This document shows positions 1 through 9,653 of a DNA stretch of 64,000 bases, piece after piece. The DNA is from a virus. The notes under the pieces are model-generated. The model made no database searches and was not told the origin of the DNA. It saw only the letters and a list, made by a program, of their open reading frames with translations. Numbering within the stretch: position 1 is the first letter of the stretch; the number at the start of each line of letters is the position of its first letter. The translations under genes and the position numbers were made by a program. The DNA lies in the IMG/VR virus record IMGVR_UViG_3300017987_000006, positions 114,260 through 178,259 of that record. One strand, written 5' to 3'.

Positions 1-2
1 CT

Positions 3-461
3 GATCGGAAACGTGATACGCATCTCTTCCTTATCGAACCCCACCTCGTATTCTTGCAGCACCTTCTTATCGAAGCCGGCATCCACCAAATCTACCGGGT
101 GATAGTCGAAGATTCCCAGGAGCCCCTCGTTCAGCACCATCTGCTCACGAATCGGATCGGACCTGCCAATCTTCTCGTCTTTTCTGGTGCGCTTGGTAAG
201 CTCTGGGCCGGCGCGATCCATGATGACGGCTCTCAGCTTTCTGGGCGCTCCAATTTCCTTCAGGAAGGTGTACAGAGATCCCTTGATCTGACAGCCGTGA
301 CAGATGAACATTCCAGTCTCGGTGGACATGTAGAACGCACCCTCCGTCTTCTCGACGTGGAACGGGCACGCGCCATAAATGTTCCGCCCATCGCTAGTGG
401 TCTTCCACCACTTCAAGTACCGTGTGCCTACATCCTCAATCAGCTTCTTCAGATCGCTCAT
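3..461 (-). CDS. DNA primase, N-terminal part (CHC2 zinc finger); runs off the window start
   Basis: Not in the ORF track; manual translation from ATG 461: MSDLKKLIEDVG...GACPFHVEKTEGAFYMSTETGMFICHGCQ... CPFH/CxxC zinc-binding motif of DnaG-type primases; overlaps the end of the helicase gene. Confidence 0.8.
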   Translation of the reverse strand, partial: MSDLKKLIEDVGTRYLKWWKTTSDGRNIYGACPFHVEKTEGAFYMSTETGMFICHGCQIKGSLYTFLKEIGAPRKLRAVIMDRAGPELTKRTRKDEKIGRSDPIREQMVLNEGLLGIFDYHPVDLVDAGFDKKVLQEYEVGFDKEEMRITFPI

Positions 462-1914
462 CTTCCTTCTCTTTCTCAAGGCTGAGTTGGCGGCCTCTTT
501 GCTTGAAGGCGCGCTCTTCTTCCTTGGCTTGAGCAATTTCTTCAGCTCGGAAACGTGCGAGTACTTGCCGATGTGACTCGAAGATCTGAGTCATCTGAAA
601 TTTGACGGCAGGGACGGCCACAAGCTCGAACCCAGCCATTTTGATCTCTCTCGCTCCAGAAATGATTACCGATAGGAGTGTGTCTCCGTCATCGCTCTCA
701 GTTTTGATCACACGTAGGGCCAGATCACACGCCTGAGCGAAGGCGTCACTGTATGCGATCTCCGCCATCGTAGACCCTTTGGTTTCCTCCCCAAGCCGGT
801 TGGCCTGGGAAGTCGCCAGCAAAGGGATCTTGTACTCGCGGGCTATCTCTTTCAGTCCGTAGGCGATCTCGCCCTTGTCCTGGTACATCACGCCCGATCC
901 CTTCTTGACAGCCTGGATCAAGTAAACGGAATCGGCGCATACGATGTCCGGCTCGAACTCCTCGATCTTGGCCCGCAGCTCCATCAATCCGCTCGCGGAG
1001 CTATTGCCCCACCCGCTGGTGAACAGCACAGACCGATTACGGTTCTTCTGCTTGAAGATCCGTGTCTCCTCCTCCTTCAGGTGCTGCACCGTGTCGACCA
1101 GCGTGGCCTCGTCCTCAGCAGACAGCTTTCCATTGCGAAAGGCCTGGTAGTCTACTCCGATCATGCGTGCCACGAAACGTGTCCGTAGCTGCTGCGGTGC
1201 CATCTCCTTGGTGAAGACAAGGACGCGACAATTGTGGTGAAGGTAACACTCCACGGCCACGTCCATGAGCAACCACGTCTTTAGGCTCTTCGGCCTGCCG
1301 TACAGCAGGATGAACTCCGTGTTCAGCATGCCCCTGGTCTGTTCGTTCAACGGGTGAAACTGCTGACCCGTCTTCTTTGAGACCTTTGGCTTGCCGCTCT
1401 TCGTGTGGTACCCCCACCCCATCGGGTATGGAATACCCAGATACCCAAGTTGATCTTTCGCCTGGTAGTACTCTCGCAGGATGTCACCGCTGGAGTCCGC
1501 GAGGATTTCATCGTCTCCGACCTCGCTGCCGGCGGCTATGGACTTCGCATCCTGGTACATGCACTGGACGGCCCCTCGCGGGTCATCCTCGTACATGTCC
1601 TTGATCTTATCGTTGATCTCTTCCACCCTCCCCCGGACCCATTCGTCCCGAACCTCCTGACACAGGGCCTCGATGGTCATGTGCTCTGGAGGGTCCGGGA
1701 GGTCGAGTGTGGGGTACTGGTTCAATACCATGTCCAGGGTCGGAACTGAGTTCCTGGTCTTCTTACCCTGAAAGTAGTCGATCAAGTAGTTGTAGAGAAG
1801 CCGCCCGTCATCGGTGCGGAACATCTCATACCTGATCCCCTCGTGCATCATGGTCTTCATGCCGCCGGTCTCGATGACCTTCGACAGAAGGAGAAGCTCG
1901 TAGTGACTTGCCAA
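436..1914 (-). CDS. DnaB-like replicative helicase
   Basis: Walker A-like LLYGRPKSLKT, Walker B IVCADSVY, SQANR and AYSDAFAQ motifs; adjacent to primase; AGGAGG before TTG start. Confidence 0.85.
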   Translation of the reverse strand: MASHYELLLLSKVIETGGMKTMMHEGIRYEMFRTDDGRLLYNYLIDYFQGKKTRNSVPTLDMVLNQYPTLDLPDPPEHMTIEALCQEVRDEWVRGRVEEINDKIKDMYEDDPRGAVQCMYQDAKSIAAGSEVGDDEILADSSGDILREYYQAKDQLGYLGIPYPMGWGYHTKSGKPKVSKKTGQQFHPLNEQTRGMLNTEFILLYGRPKSLKTWLLMDVAVECYLHHNCRVLVFTKEMAPQQLRTRFVARMIGVDYQAFRNGKLSAEDEATLVDTVQHLKEEETRIFKQKNRNRSVLFTSGWGNSSASGLMELRAKIEEFEPDIVCADSVYLIQAVKKGSGVMYQDKGEIAYGLKEIAREYKIPLLATSQANRLGEETKGSTMAEIAYSDAFAQACDLALRVIKTESDDGDTLLSVIISGAREIKMAGFELVAVPAVKFQMTQIFESHRQVLARFRAEEIAQAKEEERAFKQRGRQLSLEKEKEDERSEEAD

Positions 1915-1923
1915 CGGCTCCTC

Positions 1924-2247
1924 CTATGCGGGGCTCAGGTATTCGATTTTCCCTTTGTTGTAGACCCGGGGAGTTCCGTCCACCTCTACACCGAGGGTGT
2001 AGCGATCGGTGTAGAGCAGCTTCCCGACGATCGGCTCTGACAGAGAGTCCGGTAGGAATTCTACCTCCCTGCCGATCCAGCCCTTCACCCGGCTGTGCCA
2101 GTTGTCGTCCACCTGGAGGATGTCCCGCAGCTTGTGGACCACGACCTTCAACTGCGAGACCGACTCCCTCAGATTTTTGAACTCGTTGTAGAAGTGCCCG
2201 ATGTTGATCTTGGGCGGCCTTCTCTTCTGACCATTATTCTCGGTCAT
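1924..2247 (-). CDS. Small protein with C-terminal Sm/Hfq-like domain
   Basis: IVGKLLYTDRYTLGVEVDGTPRVYNKGKIEYLSP follows the Hfq pattern G-x3-FD-x-Y/F...YKHAI-x2-I-x-P; AAGGAGG RBS. Confidence 0.55.
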   Translation of the reverse strand: MTENNGQKRRPPKINIGHFYNEFKNLRESVSQLKVVVHKLRDILQVDDNWHSRVKGWIGREVEFLPDSLSEPIVGKLLYTDRYTLGVEVDGTPRVYNKGKIEYLSPA

Positions 2248-2258
2248 GCTGCACCTCC

Positions 2259-3389
2259 TTACGCGGCGCGAGCCATGTACTCTCCAGCCAGCTGCTCCAG
2301 CTCGAACCGCTTGTCCATGTCCTTTTCCTCTTGCGAAGCTCGGGAGATGGCTTGGAAGATGCCGTAGCGGTTGTGCAGGGGCTCGATGGCGAAGACCTCC
2401 TTGGCTCGGTCCTGGAATGTCTGCGTTGTCTTCTTCCGGTTCAGGAACTTCAGCATCTCAGCTTCGGGATCTTCCACGGGTTGGTCCTGCAGCGCAACCA
2501 TCATCTTCTGGTTCTTGGAGATGACGGTCGGGAGCTTGCTGAGAGAATCGTCCAGCAGCGTGTCGATGGCGTCATCGCTGATGCCGCGGTGCATCCGGTA
2601 GAGGATGCGACCATCTGACACCGTCACGATGGCACCGTTCAAGCAGACCAACCTGAACGTTGAGGCGTCGATCGTGACGGCCGTGTACCCCACCTCAGAG
2701 TTACGCAGGTGGAATCCTTGGTGGACGATGTCGTTCTCCGGCAGCAGGCCCTCAGCTTCGGCCGCGTTGTAGAAGCGGCGCACCTGCTCGTTGGGATGGT
2801 TCCTGTCGATAGGTCCCAGGTTGGTCTCTTTCGTCACTACCGTGTAGTGGCTGGACTTGTCGCAGTGAAAGCCCGTGCCGAATCGGTTCTTCATGAACCG
2901 CATCTCGTTGGTGTTGATCCGCTTGTTGCGGCTCATCCGGTCGAAGATTCGAACATCGTCGATGGCCGAGTACGTTGGGCTCAGGATGGCCCTGACGAAC
3001 CCGTTCGCGTCGCCGTTGCCGGGGTCGTCCTTGTCGTACCGACGCGCTCTGATCTTTCTCGTATCGTGGGTGCGGGAAAACCGTCGGTGCAGCTCCTGCT
3101 GGATCTCCTCTGCCTTGATGTGCTCCGGGTCGAACCACTTGCCCCAGTTCACGCCCAGAATCGATCCGAGCTGGCGTTGCGCCCAGTCGGTCATCGAGAG
3201 GCGGCCCAGCTTTGGGACTTCCATGTGAACGCTCGGGAAAACCGTGTTTCCATCGGGGACGATGCGAACGTCCTCCAGGTCGACAACCTTGTCCTCGTAG
3301 TTGCGCTCGTGCAAGCGGGTGATCATGTTGAACACCGCGCTAAACTTGAGCATCTTCTTCCGCTTCATCAGCAAGTCCTGTGGGTTCAT
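2259..3389 (-). CDS. DUF932-family protein
   Basis: GFHLRNSEVGYTAVTIDASTFRLVCLNGAI motif typical of DUF932/DUF945 proteins; ATG 3389 chosen as likely start. Confidence 0.7.
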   Translation of the reverse strand: MNPQDLLMKRKKMLKFSAVFNMITRLHERNYEDKVVDLEDVRIVPDGNTVFPSVHMEVPKLGRLSMTDWAQRQLGSILGVNWGKWFDPEHIKAEEIQQELHRRFSRTHDTRKIRARRYDKDDPGNGDANGFVRAILSPTYSAIDDVRIFDRMSRNKRINTNEMRFMKNRFGTGFHCDKSSHYTVVTKETNLGPIDRNHPNEQVRRFYNAAEAEGLLPENDIVHQGFHLRNSEVGYTAVTIDASTFRLVCLNGAIVTVSDGRILYRMHRGISDDAIDTLLDDSLSKLPTVISKNQKMMVALQDQPVEDPEAEMLKFLNRKKTTQTFQDRAKEVFAIEPLHNRYGIFQAISRASQEEKDMDKRFELEQLAGEYMARAA

Positions 3390-3669
3390 GAAGGCCCTCT
3401 TTTTTTCCTTCGGCCGTGGCCGGTTGTTGGTTGAAAATTGTTGCTGCCACATCACTCTCAAGCAGATCGATGAACTTGGTCATCGCCTCCTGCGTCTCCT
3501 TGCTTGCTACTTCGTGCGCCGACATCTTGATCGCCCCGTATGGGGTGGACGTCTTCGTGTCCAGGTACTGTGCTGTCAGCTTGATCGTCACACCGATGCC
3601 CGTCCTGTTCAGCTCTGCGCTGACGATGGAGACAGCATCAAACCGAGGACTCCCTTCGATCTTCTTCAC
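3340..3669 (-). CDS. Hypothetical protein
   Basis: 109 aa ORF in operon, GTG start overlapping upstream stop. Confidence 0.6.
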   Translation of the reverse strand: MKKIEGSPRFDAVSIVSAELNRTGIGVTIKLTAQYLDTKTSTPYGAIKMSAHEVASKETQEAMTKFIDLLESDVAATIFNQQPATAEGKKEGLHEPTGLADEAEEDAQV

Positions 3670-4007
3670 TTCTTCTTTCCTTCCAGGTATTCACGCAGAT
3701 ACTTGTTCAGGTTTCGTGCGAGGAACTTGTGCGCTAGGTGCGCAGCACTCTCGTTGGCCACTTCAATCTCCGCTACGGACTGTCCACACGACAGCTTGAT
3801 GAAGCATGTCGATTCGATGGACATCCCCTTGTCTTCTCCGAGCCTCCAAGGTTTGACGCCCAGCGTGACACCGACTTCGGCCGGGCCGGGGGAGATGTCG
3901 AAGTGCTCCCAGTCCGTCTTCCGATCATCTAGGACAACCTCTCCGTTCTTCTTGACCGTTGTGTGCTGCTGCGCTGGTCCAAGTTGCCGCCGCTTGAACT
4001 TTCTCAT
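3666..4007 (-). CDS. Hypothetical protein
   Basis: ATGA overlap with upstream gene; phage-like codon usage. Confidence 0.6.
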   Translation of the reverse strand: MRKFKRRQLGPAQQHTTVKKNGEVVLDDRKTDWEHFDISPGPAEVGVTLGVKPWRLGEDKGMSIESTCFIKLSCGQSVAEIEVANESAAHLAHKFLARNLNKYLREYLEGKKK

Positions 4008-4468
4008 AGCACCAGCGCCTTCGGGCATCCTGCGATGAGCGAGAGCGTCGGCGGCTTCTCGCTGTAGGCTTTGAAGGCCTTGTCACGGTCCAGCTCGCCC
4101 TGCCGGATCATTTGATCGAGCCTCTCCTCATCCACAAGGTACGTGACCTTCTCCGTCAAGAAGTGCTGAGAGATCCTAGCCGGAAACAGCCGTGCCAGCT
4201 CGGTCCCATCCCAGACCTGGGTACGCTTCTTGAGTGCCCCCAGCGGCCCGATGATGAGCTTCTTCTTGTCCGAGTTCTTCAGCTCCGCCTTGATGGAGGT
4301 CGTTGCCTCCTTGAGCGAGACGTTGTAGTCGTCCACGAGAGAGCGCAGCTCGTCCATGAAGTCGTCGTTGTCATCCATGAACTCGTGCAGCGCGTCTCGT
4401 GCTTTCTCGAAACGCTTGACCGCCCCTTTGGCGGTCTCGGCTCTACGCCGATTCGGTCGTTTTCTCAT
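4004..4468 (-). CDS. Hypothetical protein (helical N-terminus)
   Basis: ATG 4468 with AAGGAGG RBS, ATGA overlap with UDG stop. Confidence 0.65.
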   Translation of the reverse strand: MRKRPNRRRAETAKGAVKRFEKARDALHEFMDDNDDFMDELRSLVDDYNVSLKEATTSIKAELKNSDKKKLIIGPLGALKKRTQVWDGTELARLFPARISQHFLTEKVTYLVDEERLDQMIRQGELDRDKAFKAYSEKPPTLSLIAGCPKALVL

Positions 4469-5232
4469 GTGAGCAGTCCTCCTTGCACTAGAAACATATC
4501 GCGCATTTTGTATCCTCGATCGGGCATGGGAGTGTCCCAGTATACCTGCCGAAGTTTGTCTAGCAGGTAGGCCGCGCGCCTCCACGCAACCAGGGCCTGG
4601 CCCCATACTCCTATCTTTCTCTTGTCCCCGCTCCGCGCGAGAAAAGCGGGGTGATACATCGACATCACCGGGTAGGTGACGTCGGTCGCCTTGCCGCGGA
4701 TAACGCAGTGCTGCACCTGTCCTTGGACGTTCCGCATCGTGACTGAGCGCTGACCCGTCACCTCGAGCACGGCGGGCTTACCCATCGCCACTACCAACAG
4801 TGGATCAATCTCGTACAGGACCTCCTCCCAGAACGGCCGACAAGCAGCCCGCTCCTTACTGGACGGGTCCCTGTTCTCTTCTCGCTTACGACCAGATCTC
4901 TCATCGGTGGAGATGGAGAACGGACGACACTGGACAATGTTCATCACGAACACGCTTCTGCGATCTATCTTCACGGCCTCCAGGTACTCATTGAGGATGT
5001 CTCCCGAAGGTCCTATGAAGGGAGCGCCTTCGAGATCTTCTTCCTCCCCCGGGCCGATGCCGATGATGACCATGTCCGCATCGACGTTTCCATCCGGCAT
5101 TACGATTCTTCCAGCAGTGCCGTCCGTTTTGAGTTTCTTTTGCTCTCGCAGCTCTCCAAGTCCGCACTTTGTACACCCGCGCCATTTCCTAAAAATGGAG
5201 AGCACCCTCTGCTCTCTTTCGGTTGGGCTCAT
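4465..5232 (-). CDS. Uracil-DNA glycosylase, family 4 (Fe-S)
   Basis: CTKCGL, GIGPGEEEDLEGAPFIGPSG, NIVQCRP, YHPA motifs. Confidence 0.9.
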   Translation of the reverse strand: MSPTEREQRVLSIFRKWRGCTKCGLGELREQKKLKTDGTAGRIVMPDGNVDADMVIIGIGPGEEEDLEGAPFIGPSGDILNEYLEAVKIDRRSVFVMNIVQCRPFSISTDERSGRKREENRDPSSKERAACRPFWEEVLYEIDPLLVVAMGKPAVLEVTGQRSVTMRNVQGQVQHCVIRGKATDVTYPVMSMYHPAFLARSGDKRKIGVWGQALVAWRRAAYLLDKLRQVYWDTPMPDRGYKMRDMFLVQGGLLT

Positions 5233-7091
5233 TCTTGGTCTCTCCGAGGCTTGAGCGTTTTGAATTCATACGGGCCGCCTTCATCCGACGGCCAGCGCCT
5301 CAGCTGCAGCTTCAGTTTGTTGCACATCCTGTGGAAGAGATAGATATAGACATCGTCGTAGATCACCACGAGCGGATTCTTCATCCCTTCGTGGTGGCGA
5401 TACCCCTGGATCCGCCCCATCCCCTGCTGCAGCGCGTTCTTTCCTCCTTCCGGGTGTTGTGAGCCGAATGGCGTCATCCAGAACAACGTGTCCAGGCTGT
5501 CTTCGTCGATGGCCTCCATCACCAGCTGGTGTGTTCCAAAGATCAGCTGCTTCGTTCGGAGCGCTTCCCACCTCTCTTTCACCTTCACTGAGCCTGTGCA
5601 GATACCTGTTGAATATCCCTCCTCCAAGAACTTGGCGTGCATCAGACGAAGGTGGTCTACGCTGTGACTCAGCGCCAGCACCTTTCGTCCTGCCGCGATA
5701 GCATCTCGCAGGTCTTTGGCGATGTACTCGTTGCGTTCTTCCATCCTGCCGACGTATGATCGCAGCAGTCCTATGTTGGGCTTTCCGGCCTTGTCGATGA
5801 CGTACTCGTTGTAGTCTGCTGGGGATATCTGAAATAGCGTTTGACGGAAACGGATGTCTGTGGGGACGTCCTGTGACAGGTCTTTGTGGAATGGTTCGCC
5901 GAGGTGGTAGTTGTAGACCACCTCGGTGCCGTCTTCGCGGTTCACCGTAGCGCTGAGCCCGAACCTCCGACCGCAGAACATTGTCGCGGTGATACAGAAG
6001 TACGGGGCCGCTAAATGATGACAGTTGTGGACTACTACATTGGACGAGCTTACTTGGTAGGTAGGGGTTCCGCCGATTTGGAGATTGTATACAAGACCGT
6101 TTGGACAACGTCCTCCAAATGTTCCATCGGGCGTAGAGTCTACCCGCCGGACAGCCTTCACCTTTTGCTTCTGCGCAGAGCACAGCACCGTGTCATCGCT
6201 GCTTAAAGCCAAAGCAGGGACCCACCCTCTGGCGGTCCAGAACGGGTGCTTTGGCGTACAAACGATCTCTACTCCGTCTATGAGGACAGAGACCAGTGCG
6301 TGTGGACGCGATACGAAGATCCTTTCAATAGGCCGCTTCGAGAACAATCCCATGTGTTCATCAAACGACCAAACTAGATCTCCCACTCTTCGCCTCTCTA
6401 TTGGCACACCATCAACCAGAGTCCCGGCTACAAAGCACTCATCCCATATGATAGTCCCAAACCATCTACGCATCTCTGGAGTTACCTGATCGGCATACTT
6501 TGCCAGTGTGTGCAGCGTGGCGACAACGATTGGCCGTTTCCAAGTCCACCTGCTGGGACTCCCACGGATCAATCCGATTCCGCCATCGAACTCCAAAAAT
6601 TCCCTGATCTTCTCTTCCCACTGATCAAGTATCGTCGTCTGGTTTACGATGACTAGGGCGTTGTGCCCGAAGTGGGCGATGGCGTGCAACGCGATTGTTG
6701 TTTTTCCTTTCCCACAATTTAGGTTCAGCAGCCCGTTGTCCGCCTTGATGAATGCGGCGAACGCTTTGCGCTGCGTGTCCTTGTCCGGCTGCAGCTTGTC
6801 CAGGACGACGTTGCTCTTGAACACCGCCCGCGGGAAATTCCCTGGCGTGATGTCTACGATGGGGAATGTCAGCTGGCCGTACGTGTCGGGAGGAACATAC
6901 TCTCGCGGCACAGCGATGTGGTGTGGGCTGTCCTCCCAGAGCTGAAGGAACTCCATCCCCTCTTCTCCGCTGACCTCGAACTCCAAACTGGCCTTGATCG
7001 ATATCGTGTTGACGTGCTTCTTAGGAAGCCACATCCGTGTCCCCAGGTACGCCCTTTCGGGGTCCCTGACGATGAATTTGAAACCTTCCAT
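5229..7091 (-). CDS. Superfamily II DNA helicase (DExH) containing a mini-intein
   Basis: Walker A NCGKGKT, motif II DE|intein|CH, SATVNREDG, QGMGRIQ motif VI; ATG 7091 with GGAGG (alternative TTG 7163). Confidence 0.85.
   Translation of the reverse strand: MEGFKFIVRDPERAYLGTRMWLPKKHVNTISIKASLEFEVSGEEGMEFLQLWEDSPHHIAVPREYVPPDTYGQLTFPIVDITPGNFPRAVFKSNVVLDKLQPDKDTQRKAFAAFIKADNGLLNLNCGKGKTTIALHAIAHFGHNALVIVNQTTILDQWEEKIREFLEFDGGIGLIRGSPSRWTWKRPIVVATLHTLAKYADQVTPEMRRWFGTIIWDECFVAGTLVDGVPIERRRVGDLVWSFDEHMGLFSKRPIERIFVSRPHALVSVLIDGVEIVCTPKHPFWTARGWVPALALSSDDTVLCSAQKQKVKAVRRVDSTPDGTFGGRCPNGLVYNLQIGGTPTYQVSSSNVVVHNCHHLAAPYFCITATMFCGRRFGLSATVNREDGTEVVYNYHLGEPFHKDLSQDVPTDIRFRQTLFQISPADYNEYVIDKAGKPNIGLLRSYVGRMEERNEYIAKDLRDAIAAGRKVLALSHSVDHLRLMHAKFLEEGYSTGICTGSVKVKERWEALRTKQLIFGTHQLVMEAIDEDSLDTLFWMTPFGSQHPEGGKNALQQGMGRIQGYRHHEGMKNPLVVIYDDVYIYLFHRMCNKLKLQLRRWPSDEGGPYEFKTLKPRRDQE
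6024..6437 (-). mobile_element. Mini-intein (138 aa, no endonuclease) in helicase motif II
   Basis: Begins CFVAGTLV, block B CTPKHPF, block F VYNLQI, ends VVHN followed by Cys+1; removal restores DECHH. Confidence 0.9.
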
Positions 7092-7173
7092 CCGGCCTCC
7101 AGGTGCTCTCCCCAGGTCTGGAGAATACTCCCCAGGTCTGGGGAGAGCTATCCGTTCTTCCAAGTCCCTGAAA

Positions 7174-7515
7174 TTAGAAGCGCCACCAGCTGAAGAAGTC
7201 CTCGATCTCTCTACCGGCCTCCCTACATGCTCCTGTAGCGATCATGCAGAACAGGTGCTTCGCCGGGCTCCTTCCTTCTGGGATCTCCCGCGGTCGCTCG
7301 ATATTATCGTATCTGCGTCTGGAATGCTCCATCCTGGGTTCACTCCGCTGTACCGGAATGCTTGTTCCTCGTCTCTTCTCTCGGACCTTTTCGCCGCACG
7401 ACCTGAAATAGTCACACCGCTGACAGTCGTAGGACCCGGGATCAAAATACTGGTCCCTACCGTAGCAGTCCAGCTCCCTCTCGGCCGGGTATCGATCGCT
7501 GTATCTCAGTCCCAT
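7174..7515 (-). CDS. Cys-rich hypothetical protein (possible Zn-binding)
   Basis: CYG...CQRCDYFRSC; AGGAGG RBS; GGTATAAG motif 38 nt upstream. Confidence 0.65.
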   Translation of the reverse strand: MGLRYSDRYPAERELDCYGRDQYFDPGSYDCQRCDYFRSCGEKVREKRRGTSIPVQRSEPRMEHSRRRYDNIERPREIPEGRSPAKHLFCMIATGACREAGREIEDFFSWWRF

Positions 7516-7552
7516 TCTTCCTCCTAGAAGTAGTTGATTCAGTGTCGGAAGC

Positions 7553-7561
7553 CTTATACCG
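7553..7561 (-). promoter_or_regulatory. GGTATAAG-class promoter motif
   Basis: CGGTATAAG on minus strand; one of about 12 copies, nearly all just upstream of non-structural genes or ncRNA candidates. Confidence 0.7.
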
Positions 7562-7586
7562 ACATTTTCTAGTTTCTTTTGGCTTC

Positions 7587-7616
7587 TTGACGTTTTAGAT
7601 CTAGGGCGGTTAGGAT
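7587..7616 (+). promoter_or_regulatory. Sigma70-like promoter
   Basis: TTGACG-18 nt-TAGGAT upstream of 7649. Confidence 0.55.
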
Positions 7617-7648
7617 GTAGGGCATCGCCTCAGACCAGGAGCTTTAGA

Positions 7649-8881
7649 ATGATCAACGCCCTGCTGGATATGTACGACGACCCCTCCGGCATCGTTCTCA
7701 AAGAGAAGGTCGCTTCGCTGGAGGATGTACCGGAGTTTATCAAGCAGGCTGAGCGCCTGGACCGAGAGACGCTGGACAAGCTACCTGATGACGTCTTCGC
7801 CCTGGTCATGCTGGACAGCGGAGACAAGATGCGTAAGTACGCCTGCACCGACAAGGGAAACACCGCCCTCTCAGTGCTCTACTTCATGGAGACCAAGAAC
7901 AACCTTCCGGCGGAGGCTCAGAAGACAGCGGCGAAGAATCTGATGGAGGCCTGTCGATGGTACAGCATGGAGCCCCCCGCCGAACTTGAGAAGACCGCCC
8001 TTCTCGGCCCGGCGATGGGAGCAGTAACCCTTGGCATGGGGGCAATGGAAGGCAACCGCCGATACAAGCAGCGCAAGGCGGCGCTTCAGCAGGGTGCAAC
8101 GGGGTCGCAGATCATGAAGATGAGCGAGATGGGAGCCAACATCATGCCCAAGACCAAGGTACCTGAGAAGACGGCCTCCCTGAAGCCCCACGTCGACATC
8201 ACGGGCAAGCACCCACCGCAGCAAGTAACCCAGGAGACCGGAAGGTTCTACGCGCTCACCAAGGAGGGTGGGGCCCGATACCCAATCGACACCATGGGTC
8301 AAGTCCAGAAGGCGATCACGTATTTCGAGAAGTACGCCGAGCGCTTCACACCTCCTGATCGCCACCTCTTCTGTGCGAACGTGTCTCGGAGGGCGGACGA
8401 GCTCGGCGTACCCGTGACTGAGAAGATCGCCAAGTACGGAGCGTCCACCATGGCCCAGGATGCCCCCGTAGCGATTTATCAGCGCCAGAGGATGTTCCGT
8501 GAGGGGACCAGCGAGCACGGCCTACTGCAAGAGATGCGCGAGAAGTGTGCCTCGATCAAGCCCGAGTTCCTGGCGGTCACGCTGGAGAACTTTGATAAGC
8601 AGGCGGGGCTGGACAGGCTGTGGGACAACGGTCTGCCAGATCCGTACTACTCGATCTTCGGTGTGGAGAAGCGAGCTGAGTACAGCTTCACCACCGCGAA
8701 CGACACGATCAACGAAACACGCTTGAAACGCTGCGCCAAGGAGTGTAAGAAGCAGGTCCAAGATCTGTTCAACGAGGATGTGGCGGAGGAATTTTCCAAG
8801 GACCCGGTGCAGATTTTCGATTCCCTTCCCCTGGACCAAAAGCGTATTATCATGCGACTGGCATCCCAGGTCGAAGAATAA
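7649..8881 (+). CDS. Putative virion (head) protein with two F-A-L...K/R-Y-x modules and K-x-A sites
   Basis: LPDDVFAL...RKYAC and FYAL...RYPIDT...AITYF modules; ELEKTA, EKTAS, EKRA; first gene of the structural cluster. Confidence 0.5.
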   Translation: MINALLDMYDDPSGIVLKEKVASLEDVPEFIKQAERLDRETLDKLPDDVFALVMLDSGDKMRKYACTDKGNTALSVLYFMETKNNLPAEAQKTAAKNLMEACRWYSMEPPAELEKTALLGPAMGAVTLGMGAMEGNRRYKQRKAALQQGATGSQIMKMSEMGANIMPKTKVPEKTASLKPHVDITGKHPPQQVTQETGRFYALTKEGGARYPIDTMGQVQKAITYFEKYAERFTPPDRHLFCANVSRRADELGVPVTEKIAKYGASTMAQDAPVAIYQRQRMFREGTSEHGLLQEMREKCASIKPEFLAVTLENFDKQAGLDRLWDNGLPDPYYSIFGVEKRAEYSFTTANDTINETRLKRCAKECKKQVQDLFNEDVAEEFSKDPVQIFDSLPLDQKRIIMRLASQVEE

Positions 8882-8894
8882 AGGAGAGATCACG

Positions 8895-9641
8895 ATGACA
8901 AAAGAGAGCAAGGCATTCGGTACGCAGCGCGCCAACAAGCAGCACCTCGTGCTGGGTAAGGGCGGCGTGGCTGGTGAGGTCGCAGATCTCCGCCGCGACG
9001 TGGAAGAGGGCTTTCAGAACAACGAGGAGCGCGCGGGCTTCCCCGAGGTCGACTGGGTCGATGGCGGCGCGATGTCCGTGGACGGCGGAGACGACTTCGT
9101 CATCAAGGGATCGAACCTGCTGCAAGATCAGGAGTTCGACTCGGTGACGCTGGGCACCGGCAACGCGGCCGTCACCTTCTCGGCGTTGAAGCCGGGCGAG
9201 GGCAGCGGGCTCTCCGTAGTCATCGAGCAGGGTGTTGGGGCTCTGGCGGTCGATCTGACAGACGGGCTTCTGACCGTCACGCTCGCCGCGGCGAACAGTA
9301 CGGCCACCGAGGTAGCTGCGGCCGTCAACGCCGACTCCGATTGTATCGGGGTGATCCTGGCCGTCGCCGGTGGAACCGGTGCGGATGACGTCGTGGTAGC
9401 GACCGAGACCGAGTTGACCGGCGGCGTCGGCACCTACGCCGAGAACAAGGTCCTCATCTCTGGCGTGGAGGCGCTGCCGAAGCAGGAGGCCGACTCGTGG
9501 GGCGACGACTCGATCACCGTGAAGACGCCAGATCTGACGGCTGAGACCGATGCTCGAGCGGAGGGCGACCTGGCCACCATCCGTGTTATGGTGGACGGTA
9601 AGCTGTCGCTTCAGGCGACCATGGCGCTGGGCGCGGCATAA
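8895..9641 (+). CDS. Putative virion structural protein (beta-rich, Ig-like)
   Basis: ATG 8895 with AAGGAG; acidic Gly/Ala/Thr-rich; NSTATEVAAAVN segment resembles sheath-type insertion domains. Confidence 0.5.
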   Translation: MTKESKAFGTQRANKQHLVLGKGGVAGEVADLRRDVEEGFQNNEERAGFPEVDWVDGGAMSVDGGDDFVIKGSNLLQDQEFDSVTLGTGNAAVTFSALKPGEGSGLSVVIEQGVGALAVDLTDGLLTVTLAAANSTATEVAAAVNADSDCIGVILAVAGGTGADDVVVATETELTGGVGTYAENKVLISGVEALPKQEADSWGDDSITVKTPDLTAETDARAEGDLATIRVMVDGKLSLQATMALGAA

Positions 9642-9653
9642 CAGCGAGATCTG

